Source: Octopus vulgaris
Taxonomy: Eukaryota
Assembly (NCBI GenBank): GCA_951406725.2
Contig: OX597818.1
Coordinates: forward strand, 23,250,001 to 23,314,000
Direction: 5' to 3'
Length of the DNA: 64,000 nucleotides
In this document: positions 12,401-27,180 of the stretch, one piece after another
Position numbering within the stretch: the first letter of the stretch is position 1
Layout: every line of letters starts with the position of its first letter
Position numbers and translations under genes: made by a program
Notes under the pieces: generated by a model
What the model was told of the DNA's origin: nothing
Database searches by the model: none
The model's input: only the letters and a program-made list of their open reading frames with translations

Positions 12401-12845
12401 TTTACTCTTTATATAATACATACTTGTACTGAAACATAATGTACACTCTATTGGCATCGGATCGGAGAAATAAAAGTTTGGCTAGCCTAGAGATTGATTG
12501 AACTTAAAACTTAGATTTATGAAAGTAATCATTGTCAAACCTTAGTATAGTGATTGACTGTCTGTACCATCTCATCAGCTGTCATTTATAATCATGACAT
12601 TTCTTTTCTGGTCGACATATAACGATAATCCGAGCAAAGACTTCTCAAACCGTAGATCGCATGTTCTTTAGCAAATAACATTGCTGCAATGGATTGGCAG
12701 ATTTGTCGGAGCGTCAGAAAAAATACTTTGCGGTATTTGTTCCAATCCTTTACGGTATGAACTCAAATCTTTCAAGATCAACTTTACCGTTTATATTCCG
12801 TGATCGATCTGGCTTTGTGCCTTCATCGTTATCTCCTCCTCTCCA

Positions 12846-14101
<1,256 letters not shown>

Positions 14102-14103
<2 letters not shown>

Positions 14104-14295
14104 GGCGGCGAGCTGTCAGAATCGTTACCACGACTGGAGAAATGCTTAGATTTCTGAGTTCAAATTCCACCGAGGTCGACTTTGCCTTTCATCCTTTCGG
14201 GGTCGATAAATTAAGTACCAGTTGAGTACCAGTACTCAACTGTAATCGATTATCCCTTCCCCCAAATTTCAGGCGTTGTCGCCGTACTATCGTTG
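14102..14295 (+). mobile_element. Meta-domain-like SINE
   Basis: gttcaaattcc B-box then gcctttcatcctttcggggtcgataaattaagtaccag. Confidence 0.8.
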
Positions 14296-14402
14296 GAAAA
14301 TTTTGTTTGCAATATTCAAATGTTGAAGAAACTATGTTGCAAAGGAGATCAATAAGGAAAAGAAATATTTCGCAAGAGAACACGTGATGTAAGCCTACTT
14401 AC

Positions 14403-14469
14403 CGTATAATTCCCCATCTGTGTGAGGAAAACGTACATAACAGACATTTTCGGCTGTTTTTGTGAAACC
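14403..14469 (-). pseudogene. Cadherin-like exon (67 nt)
   Basis: ttcttatatttcag| ... acg|gtaagt; VSQKQPKMSVMYVFLTQMGNYT. Confidence 0.6.
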
Positions 14470-14767
14470 CTGAAATATAAGAAGAAAGCAGTACTGAGAC
14501 AGATTTTCTTTAAGTTTATTTAATGTGAACATATTTAATGCGGGGAATATTAAAGAGCTAACTAGAAATAATAATGCAGTGAGAACAAAGACAATTTTTA
14601 AATGCTATTTTTTTAAAAAAGATTTTGCTTAAAACGAAAAACAACTCCAGCTATGTTTCAATCTTAATATGACACTGCTATCGGAGCATAGACTGCATCA
14701 TACTTGCTAAAATAGTAATCAAAAGTATCACTGAGTAAATGCACAGGAATGTACACCAAGTAAACGT

Positions 14768-14999
14768 ACCAGAATGTACACTGGTTGGTGTATTGTTTCA
14801 CAACCAGAATGTACACTGGTTGGTGTATTGTTTCACAACCAGAATGTACACTGGTTGGTGTATTGTTTCACTATATTGATCAGTAACAAAATGTCACCAC
14901 TGGCCAAGCAAAATGTGTATCAGGTGTCGTACGGCAATAAAATGTGTATCAGCTGTCGTACAGCCAAGCAAAATGTGTATCAGCTGTCGTACGGCAATC
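14768..14999 (+). repeat. Two short minisatellites (3 x 35 bp; 3 x ~30 bp)
   Basis: accagaatgtacactggttggtgtattgtttcaca x3; aaaatgtgtatcagctgtcgtacggcaat-like x3. Confidence 0.9.
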
Positions 15000-16161
15000 T
15001 AGTAACGTGTGCACTGTATAATTAGCGAATTTATGCTGAGATCTTATGAGTTTCGAGACAACTACAAGAAATTATAGAGATTTACGCGTTTGACACAACG
15101 ATAAACTAGTTTACAGAACTGAGCAATGATTAAGATAGAAATATTCAGAACAATATAGTCGAGCCAAAATTCGTCAGAATAACCAGCAGAACGATACATG
15201 TAAAACTTATAGCTATGAAGAAATCACCAGAACAGCAATCGCGATAACGATTTGTAGAAAGACGCAAGCACTAAGAGACTGCAGTGCCGCAGCGAGTGTG
15301 TGGTATGCAGACCACACAAGGCGACCAATTCATTTACGTGTATTTGCTAGAGTCTAAAGAATGTTATGGTTAAAGAAGTTGATGGCCAGAATCCACGCTA
15401 TGCTTCTGGCAGACTGAGTTCATAACGACAATGGGTTGCATCTTTTCAGCAGAGCTGCGCTATCCATTTAGTAATTATGTTATTTAACCACTTTCTACGC
15501 CACTTTAGGCACTGTGGGACACAGGATAGCTGACAAGTATTCTGTTAGCTTTGAATGCTAGATTCATTTCCATCTGTAGGCTACTGGAGGAATAAACCAC
15601 ACCGCTAGTGTATTTATCCAAGGCACGCCAAAGGACACTGCAAATATAATTCCTCCGGGGTTATGGGAACTATAATTAAATACACTGAAGAAAGAGTAAA
15701 GTGGGAAATGTTTGTTCATCGTACAAGTTGAACTTATTAATCAAATATGAGGTCCGCAATGCAATCCAGCAAGCATAACATGCGTTAGGAATATATTTAA
15801 ATGAAAAGTTGCGTATACCGCTATATACAGAGCAAATATGGAAGAAATTAAGATAAATAAAGTTAATGCTGTTAGTTCCTGTGTACATTTCACTATAATG
15901 GTTCTACAGAACCTTACATTGGGTATTCCAAATGCATTTGAAAGAATAACCAGAACAGATCATCGGCGAACACTTTTTTATTGCATTGAGTGACCGAGAG
16001 TTCTTCATTTGCTTTGTATTTCAAAACTAGTAATACTGCTTAATGTAGGAGTCAGTGAGAGAAAGAATGAGTGTATGAGAAAGTGAGAGAGGGAGAGAGA
16101 TAGAGAAAGAGAGCGTGAGAGATACATCTATACATACATACATACATACATACAGACACAC

Positions 16162-16960
16162 ATGCCTACATACTCTGATCGTTCTGTTAAGAAAAGAACT
16201 CCTGAATTTGTTGGTGAGATCCATGCCAAGATTGACAACGATCCTTACGAGTGGATCAGGTCCCTCGCCAGGGACATGGGAGTATCTGAGTTTCTTATCC
16301 GGCAAGTAGTGCATGAAGACATTCAGTATTGTTCATACAAGATGAGAAGGGGGCAATTTTTATCCCAAGCCACCAAGGACAAGAAGAAAGGCCGTATTAC
16401 GAAGCTCTTGAACAAACTCAAGCATCCCCTCCAACCGAACATGCTTTGGTTTTCCTCAGACGAGAAAAATTTCTGCCAGGATCAGATAGTGAATGCACAG
16501 AACAACCGTTGGCTTACCGTGTCCCCGAAACATGAAGTGAGAGTGATAAAAATCAAACGTCCAGTCAATATCATGGTGTTTGGAGTGACCACTAGTGATG
16601 GCGACGTTATGCCTCCATTCATCTTCCTACACGACCTCAGATTCAATACGGAGGCCTACATCAAGTGCTTGGAGGAGGTAGTGTTGCTCTGGGTCAAAAG
16701 GGTGGCTGCTTGAAGACCCTCTGTCTTGTAATAGGACTCTGCACCATGCCACGCAAGCAGGAGAACCCAGTTATGGCTGTTAAATAATTTTTTGCGACCA
16801 CATCACCCCTAATATCTGGCTACCTAATTCCCCAGACTGCAACCCCTTTGATTATTATGTAAGGGCGCAGTGAAGTGAGAGACCAACAAAACTCCTTGTA
16901 ACACCAAAAATGAACTGAAGGCAAGGATTATGGTAGCATTGACCAACTTAAACAAGGAGA
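16162..16960 (+). mobile_element. Tc1/mariner (maT/DD37D-like) transposase pseudogene
   Basis: FSSDEKNFCQDQIVNAQNNRW, IMVFGVTTSDG, then *DSAPCHAS and WLPNSPDCNPFDYY after stops/frameshift. Confidence 0.85.
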
Positions 16961-18483
16961 CAAGAAAAAGAATACCTGTATCTTATGTTTTTGCATGCAC
17001 AATTAAAAAATAATGTCAAATTATCTGTATTAAGTTCACATATTCCATTCACCTTCATAATGCCAAGAAACTGTTATTAACATCACAAATGACTTTCGCT
17101 ATATTTGAAAAATATGTAAAATATTAAGACAATTGACGGAAAATATCTATAATAAAATTCTAATTGATAAATATAAATTTTTATTAAAACAAAACATGAG
17201 GGTGAAATCTCGTAGTGTGAAGAATCAGCACAAGCGGGTGAAACACAACACAACGTGCGGTTGTCATGGTAACAAGCTGTTAATGCTTCGCTGTCTGTTG
17301 ATTGGCTAAATTTACCCAAATGTCCCAACTTTAATTCCAAATAACATCAGATTCTTTCATTTACGAGATAAAGTAATTGGCTGATTGTTATCAAAATTTA
17401 GAGCTGCATTGGTACACCAAAATTGAAAGCAATCTGAGCAAAATTAAAGAGGAGCTCATTTTGCGAATGAGAAGGACTAGTTCCGAAGAAAATTCTCCGG
17501 AAATTTTATTTCAAGTAAATAAATGTTTATGTTAATTTAAGAACTTGCCAGTAAAATCTTATAAAATGACAATGTTCAAAAACATGTACATGTTTAGCGA
17601 GTTGCATACGAAAAATGTATAAAACTAAATAATCTATATACGATGTCATATATTACTTGTAAAGCTTCAAAAGTATATTGTTATTAAACGTGTGTAGCGC
17701 TTAGTGAAATACATGATCCCTCTTTGAGAGATATTATACAAATGCGGACGTGGCGTATAACAGCCGGCCTTCGGCTGCTTAGGCCCAGTTGTGTCCGCTG
17801 CTCTGATTGGTTAGTTTTGGTGCAGTTTTATCTCTTGCTTTATTTCGCGCCAATGTGTAAACCAGCTAATCGCAACCTTCAGATAAGGTCCCGTGACACA
17901 GTCTTGTAGGTTCTTTTTCTGGAGCCCACTAATCTCTTTAAAAGACTAGATCAACAAACCATTATTTGTCTTTGGTCCTACACCATTGACCACAGAGTAT
18001 CCAGCTGCAAACAGCCAGTTCGAGAGACTCAGCCATGTTCCAGCAACTGCGACACCAACACCACCGCAGCATTTCAGGACCTTTCACCACCGTCGCCTTT
18101 CAGCTTATCGACACCACCAACATCAATACGTACACAGCAACATCGCCCGGGTTTAAACTTCACGCTGTTTGTTTTATTTCATTTTTCTCTAGGTTATTTT
18201 TTTATTTTATTTATATATTTATTTATGTTTCTGTCAAATATGTAAAACCTTGAAAAATTCGTTGACATTCATATTAAAAACTATGAATTATAATATGCTG
18301 ACGTGATGTTCCACACACGAATTGCAGTATGCTGACGTGGTATCCTATACACGAATCCCTTGATTAATATATATATATAGTCAATATATTTATCTACATT
18401 TTAGAGTGAATTGCTATGTGCTCTTAGGTATTTCTACAGATCTAACTAAAACACACACACACACACACATACAATATGCATTT

Positions 18484-18532
<49 letters not shown>

Positions 18533-18589
18533 TGTGTGTGTGTTTGTGTGTGTGTCTGTGTATGCGTGTGTGTGTGTGTGTGTGTATGT

Positions 18590-19293
18590 GAATAGCGGCT
18601 TGTGTATAGGCACGGTGGAACTGCAGCACCCACTATTTCCACTCGATATTATCGATAATATTCAATATAATTAGTCCTTTTTTCTTTAATTCTTTTCTTA
18701 TATTGTACATTATATAATCCTTAAGCTTAATGTCAGTAGCCATCCCCTAGTTTATGAAAAAATTACAAAAATCCTTACATAGAACTGTGCGTTTCACAGT
18801 TCCAGCGACGCGGTGTTTGGCTGTTGTGTGCATGCTCACACGTCCAAGATAGGAAGCTTCGCACTAGGGAGAGAGAGCACTGTGGTTCATGCAATGCCGA
18901 CCCTTGTGTGCTGGTGAAAAGTAGTGTGTCTTTTTGACTCTGCGTGTGTTGTGCTTAAAAGTGTTGTTTATATTCTTGAATGTGATAAAGTGTAGAATTA
19001 GATTATTATCCTGCTTCTAGTTACAGTGTTGCTGCCAGGATTTGGAAAATGGGGCAGATTTCCCCCCCTTATTTTGTGATTTAGTGGGGATTTTTGAAAA
19101 ACAAGGGGTAATTCGTGGCGGTGTTCAGTGAACAAATTAAACACACTACCCGGCAGTGGTTAAAACGCGAACCGATCAAGTTTATGTATAAATTTTTTTT
19201 TATATGTTTGTTTCCTTTTATACAATATTAAAACAACGGCTAAAAATTTTCTGAAGCAGCACCTCCACTAATTTTATCTACGAGCCGCCACTG
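18590..19293. mobile_element. hAT-type MITE, copy 2
   Basis: Colinear with 444-1144 over ~700 bp; right TIR GAGCCGCCACTG; left TIR degenerate. Confidence 0.9.
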
Positions 19294-19414
19294 GTATGTA
19301 TGTATGTATGTATGTATGTATGTATGTATGTATGTATGTATGTATGTATGTATGTATGTATGTATGTATGTATGTATGTATGTATGTATGCATGCATGCA
19401 TGTATGTATGTATG

Positions 19415-19621
19415 TCTTTTATAGTTTCCTTGTTTCAGTCATTATATTGCGACCATGCTAGGGTACTGCTTTGAAGAATTTTAGTCGAAAGAATCGAACC
19501 CCAGTACTATTATTAATCTGGCACTTATTCTATCGTTCCTTTTGCCGAACCGCCAGGTTACAGGACGTAAATACACCAACACTGGTTTCCTATCAGTGGT
19601 GAAGGACAAATAGAAACACAG

Positions 19622-19674
<53 letters not shown>

Positions 19675-19732
19675 CATACATACATACATACATACATACA
19701 TACATACATACATACATACATACATACATACA

Positions 19733-19768
<36 letters not shown>

Positions 19769-19945
19769 TATATATATGATGGGCTTCTTTCAGTTTCCGA
19801 CTACCAGATCCACTTACAAGACTATGATCGATCCAAGGCTATAGAAGATAGAAAAGACTTGTCCATGGTGTCCCGCAGTGAGCAGAACCAAGAACTATGT
19901 GGTTGAAAAGCAAAACTTTTACCACATAGCTACATCAACGCATAC
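19415..19945 (-). mobile_element. CORE-type SINE with compound microsatellite middle
   Basis: Tail, (CA)n(TACA)n, and head in reverse orientation. Confidence 0.8.
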
Positions 19946-20015
<70 letters not shown>

Positions 20016-20214
20016 CTTTGTTTGTTCACAATGCATTCTCAAACGTTTCCACCAAATCAAGTCAAATTTTACAAGGTAACAGTATCACACCCTACGAGTG
20101 TCAACATGTAATTTTTTTCATTTCAATTAAAACAATATAACATTTTATAGAGATAATCTTTCTATAGTTAAATATAGTACAGGACATTTTATACCGCGAC
20201 AACGATAAACTTAC

Positions 20215-20275
20215 CTTTTGTATATGAAATAATGAAAGCGGAGTGCACACCAAACATCAGCGATCTGACTGTCGC
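20215..20275 (-). pseudogene. Cadherin-like exon (61 nt)
   Basis: agtacag| ... ag|gtaagt; DSQIADVWCALRFHYFIYK resembles DS.TG.V....LDYE. Confidence 0.6.
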
Positions 20276-20327
20276 CTGTACTCTTGACAAGAGATGTCAG
20301 TTAGTCCTTTACACCTTACCACGCTCA

Positions 20328-20856
20328 CGAAATTTTTCCCCACGAGAGTTCTGGACCCCAGCAATGAACTCATTTGCATACAGCCCCATTGACCTTGCTG
20401 TCAAGTTAACAAACAGACTACCAAGTAAACTCAAACGAAGAACAGTGTTGTAAAACGACCGATCGCCAAGTTATGCCTGATTTTAGAAGGAGACAAGTAA
20501 TTAGATTTGCATTTATACCTATTATCGGATTATGTTAGGGCTCCATATGGTAAAGATGTGAATGGGAAAAATATGGTTAGAGTGTGATGTGCTAACAACC
20601 CTCTCCTTTTACTGTTTTACAAGGTAAACAACCACACAAATAACTGCGCAGAGGTAGCCATGGTTGAAACAAGAACAAAAACAACAAGCATTCTTAAAAG
20701 AGAAAACAAGCATGGTCATTCCTTACCCACGTGACCTTATCTTATCGCCCACCACTTGCTATGCATCCATAAATTAGTTTGATAGTTGAGCTCTGATTGG
20801 CTGTATGCAATTGAGTTCATAACTGGGATCCGGAACTCTCGTGGGAAAAAAATTCG
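20328..20856. mobile_element. Unclassified inverted-repeat (MITE-like) element
   Basis: ~60-bp imperfect arms aatttttccccacgagagttctggaccccagcaatgaactcatttgcatacagcc / ggctgtatgcaattgagttcataactgggatccggaactctcgtgggaaaaaaatt. Confidence 0.7.
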
Positions 20857-20869
20857 CACCAGGCTGGAG

Positions 20870-20941
20870 TTACTACTGTATAACAGCAATCAAGTAATGA
20901 AAACAGAATGCAAAACAAACATCATTGATCTGACTGTCGAC
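20870..20941 (-). pseudogene. Degenerate duplicate of exon 20215-20275
   Basis: Same acceptor region (ctgacatctcttgtcaagagtacag); VDSQINDVCFAFCFHY; 1-nt insertion, donor degraded. Confidence 0.6.
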
Positions 20942-21128
20942 CTGTACTCTTGACAAGAGATGTCAGCCCTTTTCACCTTCTAAGCTCATTCATAATTAAC
21001 TCGAGTTCCTAGATAATTTTTCGCTCCTTTAAGAATATTGTAGAACAGAAACTTTTCATAGATTGGAATTTAAATCCTAATCTCTATAGAAAATTTATTA
21101 TTTCAAGAAAACATTGAATTTGAATTAC

Positions 21129-21279
21129 TTTTAATTTTTTACGATTATAGATAACAACTCGGGCTGTAACTTCTGAGACTGAGTCAGGCGCGTGTGAACG
21201 ATGTGGAGAGAACGTCTGCTACGAATGATATTTTTTGAAACAGGGCACGTCTAATCTGAGGCAGGTTCAAGCTAGATGC
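21129..21279 (-). pseudogene. Frameshifted cadherin-like exon
   Basis: RALFQKISFVADVLS then, in another frame, HAPDSVSEVTAR; ends aaa|gtaatt. Confidence 0.4.
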
Positions 21280-21381
<102 letters not shown>

Positions 21382-21405
21382 GTATGTATATATATATGTA
21401 TGTAT

Positions 21406-21488
<83 letters not shown>

Positions 21489-21506
21489 CATATACATACA
21501 CACACA

Positions 21507-21562
<56 letters not shown>

Positions 21563-21594
21563 CATACAGACACACACATATGTGTGTGTGTGTG

Positions 21595-21792
21595 TCTTAT
21601 TTCAATCATTTGACTGCGGTCATGCTAAGAATTTTTAGTCGAATAAATCGATCCCAGTATTCATTTTTTGCTAAGCCTGGTATTTATTCTACCTGTCTCT
21701 TTTTGTCGAACTACTAGGCTACAGGACGTAAACACACCAACGCTGGTTGTCAAGCGGTAGTGGGGGATAAACATAACTACGACCCCCCACCC

Positions 21793-21884
<92 letters not shown>

Positions 21885-22032
21885 ACGGGCTTCTCTCAGT
21901 TTACGTTTACCAAATCCACTCACAAGGCTTTGGTCGGCCTGAGACTATAGTACAAGACACTTGCCCAAGTTGCCACGCAGTTGGACTGTACCTGGAAGCA
22001 TTGCAGTTGAGAAACAAGCTTACCATACGGCT

Positions 22033-22035
<3 letters not shown>
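21595..22035 (-). mobile_element. CORE-type SINE
   Basis: Tail, (TA)n, core gacacttgcccaag. Confidence 0.85.
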
Positions 22036-22063
<28 letters not shown>

Positions 22064-22581
22064 CATACATACATACATACATACATACATACATACATAC
22101 ATACATACATACATACATACAAGCATATATATATATACATACATACATACATACATACATACATACATACATACATACATACATACATACATACATACAT
22201 ACAAACATGCATACATACATACATATATATATATATGTATGTATATATGTATGTATACGCATATATATATTTGTGGATGTATATGTATATATATATATAT
22301 ATTCTTTTTTACTTGTTGCAGTCATTTGTCTGCGGCCATGCTGGAGCACCGCCTTTAGTTGAGCAAATTTTCATTACGTCTTGCAACCTTTTGAAAAGGT
22401 TGCAAGACACAACGAAAATTTTAGAGAAACAAAAGAGAAATAAGTAGAAATTTTTACCGGTGAGTGTGCTAAATTATAAGGCACTAAAAGAGAATGATTC
22501 CCCAGACACAACAGAATATACTTCAACACACGAACTCATATAAAGAATCTTGCAAACCAAATCCAAAAACGAAAATATATA

Positions 22582-22714
<133 letters not shown>

Positions 22715-23059
22715 AAAGAGAGTTTGAAAATGTAGAGGTCTTTAAAGAAGTTTATTGACTTGACCATTTCACTTTTTAAAGAAAAAATTATCAAAAGTAA
22801 AATGTAAAGCTTTGTATAAGCTTTGTTGTGTTAAAAAAAATGGTTATCATAATTGAATTAAAACACAAATCTATTATGCAGCCTTTGATAATAATTGGAA
22901 GATGTTAAAAAATAGAGTCTTTGACAATGATAAGAAAATGTTAAGGGGGCCTTTTAAAAACTATGAATTTCAATATTCTGACGTGATGTTCCATACACGG
23001 ATTGCGATATGTTGACCTGATGTTCTATACCTGCATCCCTTGATTAAGTGGTGGGACAC

Positions 23060-24147
23060 ATAGTGCAGACACAGAAGGACCCTAATTCTTCATCAGTTAT
23101 CGACACTGAATCTCATTACTTAAAGTTTCACAGAAGCAAGGAAAATAGTCCTGAGCTTGATTCCGTTTAACAACGTCCTTATAACATATAGCTAAGGCAG
23201 GTTGTCATAAGATGGGGATTAATATTCATTGACTGGAAACGGTAACTGTCGGCCAGTGCTGGCTGCAAATGGATGGGTCTGTGTTTAGAGCTCAATGCTA
23301 CTGAATAAAATTTATGGGATTAGTGGCTGGTGTATGATACTATGGGAGGGAACTTCAAGATAGTGTGCAAAAGTACTCTCCCTTGTTTTGGTTATATATG
23401 TATTCCGATAGTACGAATAAAGTTTAGCTATTAGAAAAGTATTGTTTATGATGGTATCAGTAAAGGTTTTGAAAGGTGATTATAGGCACTTCTCAACTGG
23501 GAAAAGTCATCCTACCTCCACTCCACATCAAAACTTGGCATTATGAAGCAGTTTGTTAAAATCATGGATAAAGATAGACCATGCTTTCACTATGCTGAAG
23601 AACTTTGCAAAGTTGAGAATAAATATGGACATAAAGCTGCACAATCTTTACAGTCACCTTGATAAATTCCCTGAAAATCTTGATGATACAAGTAACAAGC
23701 AGGGAGAACATTTCCATCAGGGCATATAATCAATAGAACAAAGGTATCAATGCAGATGGGACTTGCTTATGAAGCGATCTATTGCTGGAACTTGGTTCGT
23801 TATCTTCAGCTGTCACGAAAATAATCAAAACGCAAATTAATGAGAAATTAGGCATAAACGACGATGTAATTTCTTTGTAGAAGTGTTAAGATTTTTACTA
23901 GTTTTTCAGTTGAATTTTAAGAAAACATTTTGGTTTTGAAGAAAAACCAATTTCTATGCATGTTTGTATGTTATGCCTTGTTCCTTATAAGTTGTTTTAT
24001 TAAAAGAAACAATGACATTCTATGGTTCCAGTATCTTCGAATCTTGACGTGATGGCAATAAATGGGTGCCATTTTCGGATTCTGTGTCAAAATACCCCTT
24101 GTCGAGATCCAAATTTTTTGACAACAGAGAATTTTCATTTACCTGTG
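23060..24147 (+). mobile_element. Chapaev3-like (CMC) DNA transposon remnant
   Basis: LPPLHIKLGIMKQFVK and SHLDKFPENLDDTSNKQGEHFHQ...RYQCRWD; 3' end ...tttacctgtg; 5' boundary uncertain. Confidence 0.75.
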
Positions 24148-25232
24148 TATTCACTATTTCAACTATTTTCTATATTTGGTGTCAGTTTTTTTTTATGACA
24201 CATAAAAAAATACACACACACACGTATGTATGTATGTATGCCTGTATGTATGTATGTCGATCCCATTGCAATTTACTGCAAAAATCAGCTACTCGGACCA
24301 AGTATTGAGGTGATAAATCGTGGTATTATCAGTAAATTCATCAACAGAGGATGTTATTACTTTGGTAAATTATTGATCTTTGTGTTATATGTGTACCGAG
24401 TTCATAAATACAGATGGCAACTTTCAAACTTTTTCTTCTTAGAAATTTGTTGATTGAAAATATTTGAATAGAAATGCCATAGGCCATCGACAGCTTAAGA
24501 AGCTATACTCTATTGGCAAATACTTAGGAGATGCCAAAAACAAAAACGTGAGCGTCAAAGTTGTTACCGAGTGCACACCAAAGCAGATGTATGTTGCACT
24601 ACATACCCTATGAGTGAAGATTATAAGTATGTCATCACTCACGAATTTGAATGACCGAAAAACTATATTGCATGTCTCTAAAGAGACTGGCTTTATGCCA
24701 TTAATTAATGACATGCTTGTTAATGATAATTCAGACAGCTTATTTTTACTACTTAAGAGGTTAATTGAACTATATTGAGATGGAGAGGAGCGGTCACCTG
24801 AGATTTTGATGCTAGAAAAACTACTGACTTCTTCCATGAAATAGAAAGTTACTTTTTGTAAATGCGATTGTAGAACGTCAGTGGGGTTGGAGGTATATCA
24901 TGTTAAGTTTTTCAGCATAATGACTGGGATTTGATTCGAGCCGGTTGTTTTCGACGAATCAAGATAATCTGTAGGTTTAGACACATTCCTAGCTGATATT
25001 CAAATGTCGGAATAGAAGTTCACACGATTGAAAAATTCGGTAAAGAATGGAATTTGATGCAAAGTTCTAAGTAAATAACATTGGATATCAAACAGCTTTT
25101 AGATCGAGACCCTGCCAAAAAGTGAAGTTGTGCTCGGTAAAAGGTTTCGATTTCAGAAAAATCAGTGTGTCGATCCTTAATATTGATACAAGAGAAAAAT
25201 ACATTTGAATTTGTTTTCGCCGTTTGAATTTG

Positions 25233-25269
<37 letters not shown>

Positions 25270-25284
25270 TGTTATATATCATCC

Positions 25285-27180
25285 CCTGTATTACGGGAGA
25301 AGTGTGTATATGAAAATATTTTCATAACACAAAATTCTGTGCTGTGAAATTAATTTTCTCATTGATTTTCATATAAACTGAGAATCCGTTTTGATGTATA
25401 ATTTTTTGAGAGAAAAAAATAACGAGAACGAAAATCAAGCAACATGACCACTTTTATTCATGAATATAAAATTTCTAAACATAAACATACACACACCTGT
25501 GCTTAAAAACATTTGAAGAGGAAATTGTTAAGGAATAAATAACAATTGTAATAGGGTACGTTGTTAGCATCTTTGATGCTAACAATTGTGTAATCGGAGG
25601 ACGGAATGAAAGTGACAGGGAGTAGGAAGAACAGTATTTTCTCTTATACTTCATCATAACCAACATTTGCTTCACGGGCGAAGAATTTAGGCAAAATTGT
25701 TTTATGTTTATGAAGCACCATCTCTTCGTATAGCCCAAAGTAGAATCTAAGTTTGTTGTAAACACCTCTTGTACCTTTTATGTAACGTTCACGATAATAG
25801 TTGCAAAAAATGCAGACCTTTTTCTATGAATACCAAGCCTTTAGCATTATTCTTTGCGGAGAATTTAAGTAAAGTTAGTGGAATTCTCGTATTCCCATCT
25901 GTATTCTCAGCTTGCTCTGGTTGTGACAGCATCAGTTCTTCGTTATATAAACTTTCTCTATGGGTCACTAGCAACTCATCCACGAGATCCTTTATGACTT
26001 CTTCCAACCCTGTATCATTTGCGACAGTCAAAATATCTTTCCGAATTTGGTGTGGATTTTCTACTGGTGGAAAACGTGGAATACCACGGATACAATCTAG
26101 CCATATATTTTTTCGCGCACCATTCAAAGCTGACCGTTTCACTCAGCTATGTTATCCACAGCATCCATTATCTTGAACTTCTTCCAGAAGTCTCTAATTG
26201 TAGGTTTATCCCCCTCCCCCACTATCAGTCGCTTTCATAAGTTTTGATAATGTTCTTTGTAATCGGCCAGCGAGCCTCGATCCATTGGCTGGAACAAAAA
26301 AGTTGCATGCTTGGGGGTATATTCTTATCTCACGTTATCAGAAAGCTCGTATAAATTCACTGGGTGATTAGGGGCATTGTCTTTTAAAAGGAGAAAAGGT
26401 TCTCCTTAATTATCTATGCCTTCATGAATGCCAAATCAGAAGTATATTAAACTTTGCGTAACCTTGAAAGCCTATGGATTTTCGAAGTGATACAGGAGTT
26501 GGGTCTCCTACTTCATATCACCTGCGGCATTTCCCCCCACCCAGAAGAATGGTCGGGCGACTTTTGGAAACATTAGGTTCTAGTGTTAATTTTCTTCTCG
26601 AGAATAAAAGTTCTAGCAGGTATGTACTGTTTTTTTTTTTTTGTGTTTGTTTTTTTCATTTGCTGGGAATAATAAATACTATCAGCCTCTTAATCATTTT
26701 TGTGTGGTGCAAATTCAAACACTTCTTAAAGCTTTCAAACCAGCCTTTGCTAGCCAGAAAAAGTTTTTCATTAGAAGCTTCACTTTCCTTTTTTCTCATA
26801 CAAATATTCGACTTCCTTTTCATTACCATCTTGCTTATCGGCACATTACGTTGAGTATGATCCTCGATTCATACTTTTGAGGGCCGTTCCATTTTAAGTA
26901 TAATATTAGATCTATGAAAAACTAAGGCCCGAGTAGTTAACAGAGTTGCTTCTAGAGCACTTAATTTTCTCTCTGTTGCCATTTTTGTTCCTACTGTAAA
27001 CGTAGCAAGCTTTAATGGCTTGGCAATATGGCTAATTTCTTTTCTACCGCATCAAACCTATTTAAAACGTTTTGATATCCAACGTAAGGCCTTTCCAGTT
27101 CCTTTTCCCACTATTGCATTCAGTTCCATATGATGACTTCTGGACATCATGAATTTTATGTAAATCCAACGGCGACATAG
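25285..27180 (-). mobile_element. Tigger/pogo transposon remnant
   Basis: FLASKGWFESFKKCLNLH, NIWLDCI...GLEEVIKDLVDELLVTHRESLYNEEL; many frameshifts. Confidence 0.8.

Noticed and set aside
14768-14999. CRISPR-like array (35-bp repeats)
   Set aside because: Repeats are directly tandem with no unique spacers, no cas genes, eukaryotic context.
16162-16713. Active or domesticated transposase gene
   Set aside because: The ORF stops before the second catalytic Asp, downstream sequence has stops and frameshifts, and no TIRs were found.
17052-17097. Extra 46-nt minus-strand exon (RKSFVMLITVSWHYE)
   Set aside because: Weak splice sites and phase incompatible with its neighbours; not supportable without an orthologue.
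21150-21230. Plus-strand Cys-rich exon (GACERCGENVCYE*)
   Set aside because: Short, stops immediately, has no partner exons, and overlaps a minus-strand cadherin-like remnant.
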